A stretch of 64,000 bases of DNA from the NCBI GenBank assembly GCA_040954595.2, contig CM082594.2, positions 7,509,573-7,573,572 of the forward strand. Reading direction: 5' to 3'. Origin of the DNA: Balanoglossus misakiensis. Its lineage: Eukaryota; Animalia; Hemichordata. The position numbers and the translations under genes are program-made. Below are positions 13,148-28,346 of this stretch, in pieces (position 1 is the stretch's first letter; each line of letters opens with the position of its first letter). The notes under the pieces were generated by a model, which had not been told where the DNA came from, searched no databases, and saw only the letters and a list, made by a program, of their open reading frames with translations.

Positions 13148-13545
13148 TGTCACTAAGATATTATCGTTATATAGTCACTTTGCAACAGAAAACAACAACA
13201 ACACCAACTCAAACCACCACCTGTAAGTTGACCTCCAACCTCGGGTCATCTGGCTGGTCTGGTCCCACAATGCATTTGGAGCAACGTTTGGTTCTTTCTA
13301 CAAGTTGTTGTCGATATTGTAAGTTCATTAATATTACAAGTATTTCCTAATTCTGTGTTGTAGAACCAATTTTCTCATTTATAATACGCGTTAAAAATAA
13401 AACATATATCGAGGGTCAAAGTTTGTTTTCTTGTGTAAATGTCATCAGGCTAGGGGTTCCAAAATGGCGCTGTACATGAACAACTCTCTGATTGAAGTGG
13501 CGTATCAGCTTGAATAGTTTGTCGTTTCACTTATTTATTTCATTA
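13148..13545. promoter_or_regulatory. Head-to-head (bidirectional) promoter region between TSN and RNF32
   Basis: Divergent ATGs ~400 bp apart. YY1-like AAAATGGCG at ~13461. Confidence 0.6.
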
Positions 13546-15819
<2,274 letters not shown>

Positions 15820-16114
15820 GATTCTCGGAAATGATTCCGGTGAAAATGTGTGTGGAGGGACTGTGGCAAAGATAAACACTCAGTCTATCTCTCAGCTGAT
15901 TTTAATCAGATTGGATCACTTGATTGATTGGTGGAATTTTAAGCAATTCAGATCATGTATATTATGATAATAAAGGGGAATTTTGTAACTATTTAAATCA
16001 CAAATCAAAACTTCTGTTGTGTTAGTGTCCATATCCCACAAAGAAATGAACAGATATTATGCAAATCGACATTCGTATGCGCCCTCAACGGCGAAGAGTT
16101 TCCCGACGAGCAAA

Positions 16115-19100
16115 ATGGCTGCGGGAGTGATGACGGCCAGCACTACCACAGTGATGGATGATGTCGTCGTCTTTCAGAAAAACGATCTCCCATTGCTCGG
16201 TTACCCAATCATGGAATCGATCAGAAGACAGGGAAAGTTATGCGATGTTACTTTGAAGGTAAATAACTATTTTTACAGACCATCGCGCACCAATATGCCG
16301 ACTGTGCATCGCCAAAATCACCGGCCTAAATCATTATGTTTATATCATTTCCGGAATTCCGGAAATATCGATTATATAGGTTAACTAGTCTGTGGAATAT
16401 AATTTCATTAGCTACATTAAATAAAATACAGCAGATTACGCCAGCGGGTTGGTTAGAGAACGGGACTCAATATGAAACCCACGAATGGCTGTATTTGATT
16501 GTGTACATGTACATTTCATCATAAAACAATAATTTCTGCACATATGTCTGAAATCAAATTCCTAGAATATCAGTAATAATTGTCTTGGATATTGTACATA
16601 TAATGTGTAAACATTTTTTGAGTCTTAATATTTGTGTTGTTTTATCGTAGGTTGGTGATCAGAAATTCACTGCCCACCGAATCGTGCTAGCAGCATCCAT
16701 ACCTTACTTCAATGCAATGTTTACACATGACATGATGGAGTGTAAACAAGATGAGATTGTCATGCAAGGGATTGAACCAAGGTGAGTCATCACTCACTAC
16801 AAAACAAAACAATACAGACAAAGAACCAAATATTTTATGCAGTGGCATAACCTTTGACCCTTAACCTCTCCGCAATCGATGAGACCAGGAAATAAATTTT
16901 AACCTTTTCAGGGATTTCCTTGTAACACACCCAAATTTTATCCTATAGAGTGGTTTAAGACTGAGAACTAGGGTTAATATCAGACTATCATTAGTGTTAG
17001 CTTCGCTGCTGTCTGTCTCCAAGGGAAGCTGAGGTATCAATCAAACAATGCGGATTAAAATATTTCCCCTCTCCCATCCAGTGTGTTGGAAGCCTTTGTT
17101 AATTACGCCTACAATGGACGTGTGGAAATGGATGTCAACAATGTGCAGTCTTTGTTAATTGGTGCCAGTTTTCTCCAGCTGCAAGTTATCAAAGAGGCCT
17201 GCTGTGATTTCCTCAAAGAAAGGTAGATATCGTTGCCGATTTTTATGTCACTTGTATATTAGTAAATTCAAATTACAAGTCACTTTTTATTGATTTTTGC
17301 AATTGCATGCTGCTAGACAGATATTTACAGGTGAGGAAATTAACTGATCAAATTTGTTTCGGTTTCTCTGGCAGATTGAACCCTAGTAACTGCCTTGGCA
17401 TCAGGGGATTTGCCGACACCATGATGTGTTCGAACCTTACAGAATCGGCCACCAAGTACCTTCACAAGAGATTTGTGGAAGTCTCCAAATCGGACGAGTT
17501 CCTCAGCCTATCCAAAGAGGAACTCCTGCCGATTATATCCAGTGATGACCTGAATGTCAAGGGTGAAGAACAGGTACAGTTGACTTGATTTGTGTTGTTT
17601 AATCAAGTGACCCTTTAAAGACCCATCACCTATGACCTTTGATGTCGGTTTCATTTTGTGTAGGTATTCGAAGCCGTCATCGCCTGGGTCAAGAGAGAGC
17701 CAGAGGTGCGATCCGCACACATGCCAGAGTTGCTAGCCAAAGTCCGACTGCCACTGATTAGACCACAAATACTGACAGACAGAATATCCACTGAAGATCT
17801 GGTCAGGACTAGCCATGAATGCAGGTGAATAAACAATTCATGCTTTCCAGAAACAGAAATCTTCTGTTTTGTGATTACAAAGTATTGACATTTTGCACGT
17901 TGGTTTGTTATAAACAGAGACTTAGTTGACGAAGCCAAAGATTATCACTTAATGCCGGAAAGAAGAGGCCAGTTGCAGAGCACACGAACCAGACCAAGAT
18001 GTTGCAATGATATCACTGGAATTATATATGCAGTTGGTGGGCTTACGAGTACAGGTACGTAAGCCATCTGTTTCAGTAATTCAACATCAAGGGTGTGAAG
18101 AACTGGTAGCAACACTTCTGCCAGCACAATGTCTCAGATGCTATATTAAAAACACTCTTTCATGTTTCAGGGGAGTCACTGAGCACGGTCGAAGTGTATG
18201 ACTCCATATGCAATGTCTGGCAAGCAGCTAAGCCAATGAGTACAATGCGTAGCCGTGTCGGAGTCACGGTGCTTTCAGGACAGTTGTACGCCATTGGTGG
18301 ATACGACGGCCAATCCCGGCTGAGCACGGTGGAGGTGTACGATCCCGTCGTCAAGGAGTGGTGGCAAGTTGCTGCAATGAACAGCAAACGAAGGTTTGTA
18401 AGAAACATGATCACAAACGTCTCCATCATGGTTGAACACGATTTTGGAAGAGGGTCTTTCATTGGGAGGGGGAGGTATAACAGGTGGCTTACTTGTAATA
18501 TTCATATTTTCCTTTTTACGGTCTGTGTATCAGTGCTTTAGGTGCAGCTGCATTGGACGGCAAGGTCTATGCCTGCGGTGGATACGATGGAATCTCGTCT
18601 CTCAATTCTGTGGAGTTCTATGATCCGGAGAATGACAAGTAAGTCCGACCTGTTGGCTTGGATCAGAATTTGGGATGCAGTATATCCAAAGTGGCCAAGT
18701 TTACACTAAAGAGCTTCGGAAAATTAAAAGTGCACACAACTAATTGCATCTGACCTGAAACTACTTCTCTCATTACAGGTGGTATATGGTTGCTAATATG
18801 AACAAAGCTCGCAGTGCTGCTGGTGTAACTATATTTGACGGGCAGGTGTGTGCAGTTGGGGGCCATGATGGACTATCAATTTTCAACTCAGTAAGTGTCC
18901 TGTTTTTTTTAAGAAAATTAATAAACATACACCTGAAGTCGTAATGGTTCCTATGCATAACCATGTTTCATGAACATCTGAAAAATTTCCATGTAATTAA
19001 CGGATTTTCTGCCCTTCATTTCTCCAAGGTTGAGATGTTTAATCATTTTACCGGCAATTGGACGATTCTGCCACCGATGCTGACAAAGCGATGCCGCCTT

Positions 19101-19415
19101 GGCGTGGCGACCCTGAACGGCCAGCTGTACGTGTGCGGCGGGTACGACGGTTCGGTGTTTCTCAACTCAGTGGAGGTGTTCGACCCCATCAACCAGCAGT
19201 GGTCGTTGGTGGCGCCCATGAAATCGCGACGGAGTCGCGTCGCCCTGGTGTCCAACAGCGGGAAGCTCTACGCCGTGGGCGGCTACGATGGACTGACGAA
19301 TCTGAACACGGTCGAACGCTACGACCCCATGTCGAATACCTGGACGGATGTGGCGTCAATGAAAGTACACGAGGGAGGGGTAGGGGTGGGGGTGATCCCT
19401 CTCATGCCTGCATGA
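16115..19415 (+). CDS. KLHL18: Kelch-like BTB-BACK-Kelch protein, KLHL18-like
   Basis: BTB ([40 protein letters not shown]), BACK region ([14 protein letters not shown]), and Kelch repeats (GGYDG motifs) ending [12 protein letters not shown]. Confidence 0.9.
16347..16366. repeat. Perfect 20-bp palindrome ATTTCCGGAATTCCGGAAAT in KLHL18 intron 1
   Basis: The sequence equals its own reverse complement and contains two TTCCGGAA cores. Confidence 0.85.
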
Positions 19416-20776
19416 TTGCCAAATTTTTGAGAGGAACAACTTACATTTATTTATGGTATATTTACATAAGGATGGTCCACTCCACCGGTAGAAAAACCAA
19501 AGGTCGTGCTTGAAATATGACCTCTGACCTTATCAATCAATCAATCAATCACTTGCTTGTATTGTGTGACCCTAAGGGACAGAAGGTAAATCAGCCAAAA
19601 TGCATTCTTGCCCGAAGGATCCAATCTGTTTATTGGCTCAACAGACAAATCCCTAGAATTTGAACGAGCAGCAGAAAAGAACCAATATAACTCAATGAAA
19701 GAAATTCCTGCCAAATCATGAAAGGGGTTTACTTTATCAGGAATATTTCTTAATTTTCATGGATTAACATCTCAATCAGTATCATGCACAAATGATTTCA
19801 CTATGTATGAAGCATTATGATTTTCTTATCTTTCCTGAAACAGTAGCTGTGAGCAGAATTTCAAAGTTTTGTCTGTGTTACTTGTGGGAAAGGTTTACAT
19901 GCATGTGTCAGTGTATAATAGAGTCTATTGTATTTTTTGTGTAAATAATATTAATATATAGAGTTATAAAGAGAATTTTACTGTAGGTGCATACAACTGT
20001 GTGTGTGTATTCATTGTACATTTTGCTTGTCCTTTTGCTTGAATGAGCTTCAGAAGATGAAAGAATAAAATCTGGGGATTGGGTTTTTTTTTTGAAGGCA
20101 TATTTTAACAAAACTTTTAAAAGCATGCTACTTTGTTGTTCAGTTCTGTGACTGTGAATTATCAGTTCATCTTTTGTCGACTTGTATGAAATGTGAAGAG
20201 TAACTGTGTCTCATAGATTTTGTGTTCAAGCTCATCCTCAAGAAATTATTATTTACATGGCATATTTGAATAAAATAGCTTTTAAGAAATATCAGTGATA
20301 TTTGTGGATTATTTTATAATTTCCTGACTATGTACAGGGATGACATTTATAACAAGCTCAATTAATTAACAGAAAACCCTTGCTGTCCAAAGTCCATAAT
20401 GCAATATAACAGACCCTATTGAGATGCTGCCTTGACAATTCTTGAGAAGCTAGGACACATAAGACATTTGCATCACGCTAAAATAACAAATAGTCTGTGA
20501 AAGGTTATAATACTGTGCAATATTCTGCCTGCTGCATGAAACAAGACTGGTATAAACTTGCAATTCCTTATTCTATGTTTTCCAAAAAGCTGGCATAAGA
20601 AAAAACTGTGAACCATAGAGAAATGTTTAACAGATATTGCTGCCTCGTTAGCTTGGCATTTATAAAGAAGACTCCTGCAATCCTGGGGCCAATGTTGGAT
20701 TCGTGTGGATCAGCTACTTTGACCTTGATACAGGACAAGTACATGCTGTTCCTGGTCTTTTCAGACAAGTGCAGGT

Positions 20777-23155
20777 CTATTGTGATTTCCCCAGGATAGA
20801 CAGTATGATGAGGAACAGATAGACGATGTCTATGTACAGACACAAGGCTGCAAAGATATACTCTTCAGGGCTGAGTTCGTGTTTCTTTCCTCCACAGATC
20901 AACTGGGTGTCAATGGCCAACCACTGAGAGAGGGGGGGAGGGGAGGGAGAGAGTGACAGAAAAGTTCCATTAGATTCTGGCAAAACCAATCAACAATCAA
21001 TTAGTCAACCAAAATCATTTTCTGAAATCGATGTTTTTTTACCTTCATGCATTTTCTTGTTAGTTTTTTCGACATGATGTTTAAATGATTAAAGAGACAG
21101 AAACTCACCAGAACTAAGAGAAGTGCACAGATCAGACCTATGACCGTGTCCATGATGTTATTCCTTGTAAATATTGCAATGATTGCGAAGAACAGAACGG
21201 CCAATGTCAAGACAAATGCTATGCCAATCAGGGCAGTGAAGTCAAACCTTGTCTGGACGCAAAATAAGGTCACACCGATACATACACCCTTTTGAAAATA
21301 ATCAAAAAAAGTAAGGTGATAGGAAAAGGCATCAGGGATATTAAAATAGAATAAGTTAAACCAGAAATTGTTCTTACCAATGTTATGGCGATGCACACTA
21401 TTACTGCCCGGCTGTCGTAGAAACTGCAAGAAAATGAAATCACAGGTAAGTCTTAAAACTTCATACAACCACATGGTAGTAGGGAATTTCTGACAAGACA
21501 CTTAGTGGGGTTGGATTTCATCATATGGAAGTAACCCTACCTTGCAATTGTTCCAGTCATATAGGACAAGGAGAGTGTCTGAAGAGGAAGAGATAGTAAA
21601 CATAGTCAATATTTGAACTCAGATTTCCAGTTATATTTGACACTAAAACAAAACAACTATGACAAAAATTATTGCAGCACAACAAAAGAAAAAACAACAA
21701 TATGTTTGATTTTCTGAGGATTTTTGTTTGTTTTCGGAATGAGTTTTCTTGTTTGCCTGAAAGTTCCCCCCTCTGAGGATATTGAACATGTGGCATGAGA
21801 GTTACCTACCAAAATGGTCAGCATGACCAGGTTATGAGGAGTTTTACGTCTAAGAGACTCAACACAGGCAATTACAAGATAAACAAATATAAAGACACCA
21901 CTGTGGAGGAATAAGAGATTCTGAATAAGATCAATGTTGCTCTGGGTTTCCAATAACCTTAAAAGTAAATGTATATCAAAACACAATCTAATGATCAATC
22001 AATAATCCAAAACATGAAAACTGCCCGGGTGAGAACGAAGAATTTGAGAGACTTACTAAGATGCGTAGTAAAATCCGGGATTATTCTGAACCCATTCTTT
22101 AACTTCCTCTCTGGAAATGAAAGCACAGATGTAAAGTGGGAGTATTTATGTACATGAATGAACTTGACAGCGAGTATATAGATTGGACAGTGCAAAGTTT
22201 GAGGACATGTGAATCGTCGAATGGTGGGTAAGATGGATAGATGGTGAAAAAATCAAATGTACAAGATAAAACCATTACTCACACGAATGTGAAAACACAG
22301 ACAATGCCAAAAGTGACCAGTAACTGTATTGTTAATGTAATATAAACCTGCAGTGAGAGAAAAGTGATCGTTTAAACCAAGAAAAAAGAACATCACAAAT
22401 TTACAATAAATTACTGTTGGTTGATACCACTTGATGGATGATAACTATAATGACTGTATAATTATTCTGTGACCTAATAACTGATAACAGTATCTACCCA
22501 TCAACCTATTATTTTACCCCCCAAAAAATCCTTACTATAAAAACAACAATTTCATCTGTTAGTACCTTCACACCCAAATTTAAAGTTTATATACGTTTAT
22601 TGACACTTAAGAGTACCTTTTTAATGAAAGTTCTTCTAACTTGCTTGTCAGAGAACTTCTCCGCTGTAGTGAAACCACCGGTCTCAGCAACTGTGCCTCC
22701 GTCATCTCCTCTGTCACTGTCAAGAGTTAATGGTGATTGCCCTGTCCCACCGTATGAGGGCATTGTTTCATGCGTCAGTTGGCCCCCAGTGTAAGCTGTA
22801 GGTACAAGACATAATTGATGATTATTACACAAATGTTTTATATGTTATCTTGGAACATAACACTATCACACGTTTCAGGCTTGTCTCACTCCAGAATTAA
22901 AAGTATATCTGGTACAGATACACTACTGACCAGTACATTTGTATAGTACTTTTGTCATTTTGTTTCATTATATTACACTAAACATTTGCATTATTGTTGA
23001 ATATGACGTCATTTACCGCCAGGGTTGTATGGTGGTGGTGGTTCTCGGGAGTCGTATCCATAAGGCACACCAGGATTGTATGCGTGCTGTTCTTGATCGG
23101 ACGCTCCATAAGCTGCGTAACTCTGGTTACTGTAACCTTGTTGACCGGTTTCCAT
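20777..23155 (-). CDS. Lifeguard / TMBIM family (BI-1 superfamily; GRINA/FAIM2/TMBIM1-like) membrane protein
   Basis: Kozak-like ccaccATG at 23155 with a Pro/Tyr/Gly-rich N-terminus (PPPY). Family motifs FSDKQVRRTFIKKV, LRRKTPHNL, QTRFDFT and DTQLICGGKKHELSPEEYIFAALCLYIDIVYLFL. Confidence 0.92.
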
Positions 23156-24149
23156 GGTGGCTAAAAGGAGTACATTATTAGTTTTTATCATATATCCATG
23201 TACAGGTGCATGGAAGGGTTATAAAACCAACAGTCAACAGTATTTGATTTTTGAAAATGATTTAAGTGGGCTTATAATCATGGTACGAATGATACTTTAA
23301 GCAAAACACGAAAACATCAGTTCAGAGTCAGTTTGTCCTTGTATCTCTCCTATTGTGGTTTGAAGTCAGTAATAAATGTACAAAATGCATCATTAATAAT
23401 AACTTTATTTGGTTAACATTGACATGTACTGATGTCACCACTGCCTGACATTTTTACTGACCAGACCACAGTCTGTGTACAAAGGTCGTCTTAAAGCTGA
23501 GGTTCCACTAAGCTCTGATGTCTATTTCGCATTTCAATGTCTGCCCTGAAAGGCAGTTTTGTATATGACTAGATTTAAAACACATAATAAAAAACCTTAT
23601 TTGAGTGAAACTATAAAAACCATGATTACCACCTACCTCGAAATTTGGTTCAACTGTTGATCTGAGGAATTTGATTTTCAGTAAAGTGTACACTGACAAG
23701 GATTACCAACAGGATTAGTACCAAGTCTGATATGTTTAGGTGAAGATGATCATGGCGCTACCAAACATCAGACCGGATATTAAAGTTTAATAACAAGACA
23801 ACCGGTAATCATTAACTGCACAGACGAGTTTAATGACAACAGATAATAAACTACCATCTTGACGTCACACACACCACCTAAAATGGCAAGCCACCATCCC
23901 AATATTTCTACAGTACCAAACATCAGTATAAAACCAAGATTCTACAAATATCTTGAGGAGTTTCTAGAAAAAGAAACTTATGGTCTCATTCAGAGGCCCT
24001 TTGTGAAACAACTAAGAGTATAGACAGGGTTTAAAGTTGTACATTGGCCATTGCTACCATGGGCGTTCAAAAAAACTGTGACAAATTGCAAAAGAAGGAA
24101 TTCAAGACATTATTAATAGCCTTTTTATATAAAAACACCAGAGCACATA

Positions 24150-24330
24150 TTAACTTATACGTTCTCACAGAAAAGGTCATATGCAGGGTCACCTGAGGTC
24201 ACAGTTGTGGCGCCACCACAGGCGATGTTGTGATATGATGATGTAAACATGGCCGCTTTCGTAAGGTACCATGTGCGGCATGAAACGTGATTGCGGTTTT
24301 AGCAAGTCCACGGCTGCATGGTAAGTTATA
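24150..24330. promoter_or_regulatory. Probable divergent promoter for the TMBIM gene and FASTKD1
   Basis: Clustered AGGTCA/GGGTCA half-sites (~24175-24201), CTCF-like GCGCCACCACAGG (24210-24222) and YY1-like AACATGGCCGC (~24247). A + strand donor gtaagt lies at ~24321. Confidence 0.4.
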
Positions 24331-24658
24331 ATATCAAACCAAGAGTATCTATGTTGATAGCAGTGAGATTTTCAATCATGTGAAGAAATCGAACTCCCAG
24401 GGATTGATTTTACAGGCAATAAGAAGGGCCTCAGCCCTGGTGACACCACTGAATGTGTGAGTACATGTACTAGTACTGCATTGATTGTGACAAGGAATTT
24501 AACTAGATGATCTTCTTGTATTTTTATAGTGTCCATGAAATGATTCAGATGTCATAATTGTTCTAAGCCGCCTGGACCAGCCATTCAACAGGATTATGGA
24601 AGTGAATTGGATGTCTTGATGTTCATCTTTGCAGCCATAAACATCTGATGTCTTTTGA

Positions 24659-27600
24659 ATGAGAATTGGATTCAAGATGGGGACCAGGTTGTTATTGAAC
24701 AGAATTCAGTTGCTGTCAACTCGACAGATGCCATTTCAGGATTTACAGGTGTCAATGAGAGCAGCCCAGCGATCTCTGATCAGTATGCAAATCAACGGAA
24801 ATCAACCGACCACTGTGCACAGAACATCAATTCCAGATATAACCGGGCAACAAAATGGTTGTAAAGGATGTGAGATGATTGCAGAGCCAGATTCTGTGAC
24901 AGAACAGATCCTCAAAGCGGAGAGCGAGAAAGCCATCTTCAGTGTCATAGCCACCAACAGGCAGTGTCTTACAAACGTGCACGTGTCTGCAGCCGTCGAT
25001 GGTCTATGGGAACTCCAGAAGCAGAAAACCGACAGCGCTAGGGAGCTCGGTGAGATAGTGGAACACCCGGAGTTCAGTCACCTGTGTAAAGCAGTGGAGA
25101 AGAACGTCGCGGATTTCGGCCACGAATCGCTGGTCAAGATGATGTACGCTGTTCTGAGGCTGCAACGAGATCCCTCCAGCACCACGGTGCAGCAGCTTGT
25201 CATGGAAACCCGGCGGAGAATGCCGGAATTGGAGTTTTCCGAGCTCTCCAGATTCGGCGTGTGCCTACACGACATGGAGCTATTCTCCAGTCCGGTCAAA
25301 GGTCAGATACTGGGAATTTTACAAGAGAAACTGGATGACGTTACAAACGTTAGGGAGTTCTCCAACTTGATGTATATTTTAATTCAGCTTTGCTCGCAGT
25401 CGTTTCAAATTCGACTGTTGAACAAAGCCATGGAGTTGTTAGAAACCGACGGCTGTCAGCCCAGTGCAAGGGATGTACGGCGGATCATGAGGGCAATGAC
25501 CTATGTACTGATTTGTCACAAGCCTCTACTTCAGAAGTGTGCGGGTGTTTTACTGGACATGATACAAGAGATCGAGCCCGACGACCTCTGCATGATCTAC
25601 CATCACCACCAGCTGCTTGGATTCGAGCACAAGGAATTGAAAACTTCCATAGTGAAGAGGCTAACTGAAGTATACCAGGATATCACGTGTCCAACAGCCA
25701 TTGCCAAGATATTTGAAGTCCTCGCCCCGGAGATGCCGTTGGAGGTTAAACTTCACCTTGAGGATATGGTGAGTGACATGATACCTGATATGTGCATGAC
25801 CTCTGTGTCACGGGTCGTCAACGGTCTGAAGAAGATGAACTATCGCTCGGTCAACATCCTGAAGAAAGTCTCCCGACTCATCCTGCAGGAGAAATCAGAC
25901 ATGGACGTCGATGTCTCGTTGCGAATCGCGAGGAACTTGATGCAGTTGCGCTACAAAGACAAGAAACTGGAAAGCTTCCTCGGCCAGAAGCTGGTCTCGG
26001 GACTCAAGAACTGCATCAGTCCGCACGATGTTAGCGACATCGTCAGCACGCTGGCCGACCTGGACATGTCTCATCCGGATAGTCTGATCCTGACTCGAGT
26101 TGCAGACAGCATGCACCATTTCAATGTCACTGAACTCAACAGAGTTTCTTTGGCCGTCAGGACGATTCTGCGAGCCGAGCACAAAACCTCCGGTCATCAC
26201 GCGAAGTATGTGACCTTACTGAACCAGCTCAGTCGCAAAGTCGTGGAGAAACTGGACGATGTACGCAGCATATATCTCTTCAACGATATCATGGAAATTG
26301 TAGCAGTGGAAGGTATGGACTCATCCCTCATCGATGAACTCACGCAGCATTACAACAAAATGCTGCACAAAGTGACACCCAGGGCGGCCATCGAGGCTGC
26401 GCAAGTCATCTCGAAGATGCGTTATCTTCAGAAACCCCTCCTGGACACCATTGCATCTGTGGTCACCAAGCAACCGCAAAACGTTGGCTTCATCAGCATG
26501 TATCGCATCCTCCTGCCGTTCGCAGTCCTGAACTACCAACCGCCGAATTCTGAGAGATTTCTGAGAACTTGTATCGAGAAGTTCGAAGCGTCGCTGGATC
26601 AGTACGACCCGAACCTTCTCATCAAAGTTGCGGACGCACTCTCTGTACACCAGAAGTTCCCCGCCAAAATCATAGACCGTTTATTCAGTCTAGATTTCTT
26701 GACAAAGATGGATAAAGTCTTAGAAGGTGGGTTATTTTTACCTTGGTGCCTATTGTTCATGGGTAGGGTTCCTCTCTTATTGATAATGAGCAGTTGATAG
26801 ATCTGCCTGAAATAACATAGTCCAACTTGGATGGTGTGATGATGGTTCTGACGCTAGCTGTAGGTCACCAGGGGTCAGGGTTCAAAGGTCTTGTAGACTG
26901 GAATATCAGTGGTGAGTTGAGGTTTCATTTTCTGATCATAATTTGGCCAATTTTTTACAGAGATGCCAGCTGACCAGTATGAGTTATGTCGGTTCAAACT
27001 AATGCAGCTCAACAGAGCGGTGAGGATTGAATGTCCAGAGACAAGGATACCGTGGTTTCATGACGATTACTGTGAAGAGTTGCTGAAAAGACGTAAGTTA
27101 TAATGGGAAGCCAACAATATCACACATTGGATACGTGTGGAAAGCAGAACTAATTTTGTGCCAAATGAGCACCACTAACCAATGTACATGAATCTCCTTT
27201 TAGGATCACACTTCAGCCTGCCTAAGATGTTGTCCAATGTACAGGGTATTGTGAGTGAGGTGATCGGTGGAGCTCAGTTCATGAGGTCGTGGGTAGTGAC
27301 TCCGTACTACTACAGTATAGGTAAGTGGCTGAAAGATCATGGCCCCATTTAGACCAAAGTTGGCACATACATGGGTATACACTCATGTATAGCAAATAAA
27401 CCCATGGGTCCGGTGGTTGGATGGTGATGAGACCAGGTTGTGAAAAGTGCTTTTCCTGTGACTTAACCCTCCCTTTAGACATATTGTCACCCCTTGTTAT
27501 CATGTTCTAGTATACAGTGGATTCTGGAATGATAAATACATCAAATGGTCTTGTTCTCCAGATTTTGAATGCGTGCTGGATGCTGACAACACTCCTTTGG

Positions 27601-28346
27601 TGTGTGCTGATTATGGGAGCTTCCTAAACAAATCCGGGAAGATGTCAAGCCAGGTGTTGGCGGATCTGATGCAGTGGGGATCCCAGAAGAAAGAGCTACC
27701 ACCTGGTGCACAAAGGTAACACAAATGTCATCAGACAGTCAGGCTGATGATGTCAGATTCTGGCAACGTAAACCTCTCTGTGTGGTGTCACTCTGATTGC
27801 ATAGGTAGCTTCTGATTGGTCACGGTTGACCTGCATTGACCTTCCAGTGTATCTCTTGGTTTAACTCAGGTCTGCACTTATCCTAATCACGCGATTATCA
27901 TTTATACATTTTCTGCTATGTCTAGGGTAGCCATTGATTTCCTTGGCCCAAGACACTACTGCGTCAACTCAAGACATCCTCTTGGATACACAGAGATGAA
28001 GAAAAGGCACTTGGAGATCATTGGATACAAATATGTGCCTGTAAGTATGATCCATTGGCCTGTGCGAGTCTGTCAGGGTAGTTTTGTCAGATCCAGTCCA
28101 GAAAAATGTAGGTGGATAGTTGGAAATGTGACTACTGTTGATGAATTGCTGTAGTGGGGCACTGATTACTCGTATTTTCTTAATCTGTAGATTCCTCCAT
28201 ACGAGTGGTACTCAATGAGACTGGCCACACGGGAAGATTACAAGAACTACTTGAGGCAGAAGATATTTGGACTGGATGGTGGCGTACCGGGCAAAACCAA
28301 GAAATCGGTCCTGGAAATACTCTCATCATTTACAAGCAGATCATAG
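24659..28346 (+). CDS. FASTKD1: FAST kinase domain-containing protein 1 (mitochondrial RNA-binding, C-terminal RAP domain)
   Basis: Basic N-terminus resembling a mitochondrial presequence. EQILKAESEKAIFSVI..LWELQKQK..HPEF matches the FASTKD1 N-terminal pattern. FAST region LMQLNRAVRIECPE. RAP domain RVAIDFLGPRHYCVNSRHPLGYTEMKKRHLEIIGYKYVPIPPYEW. Stop TAG at 28344-28346. Confidence 0.9.

Noticed and set aside
26831-26939. Possible C/D-box snoRNA in a FASTKD1 intron (GTGATGA 26836-26842 ... CTGA 26932-26935, weak terminal stem)
   Set aside because: The CTGA lies only ~25 nt from the acceptor and is better explained as the branch point. I could not identify a convincing rRNA-complementary guide.
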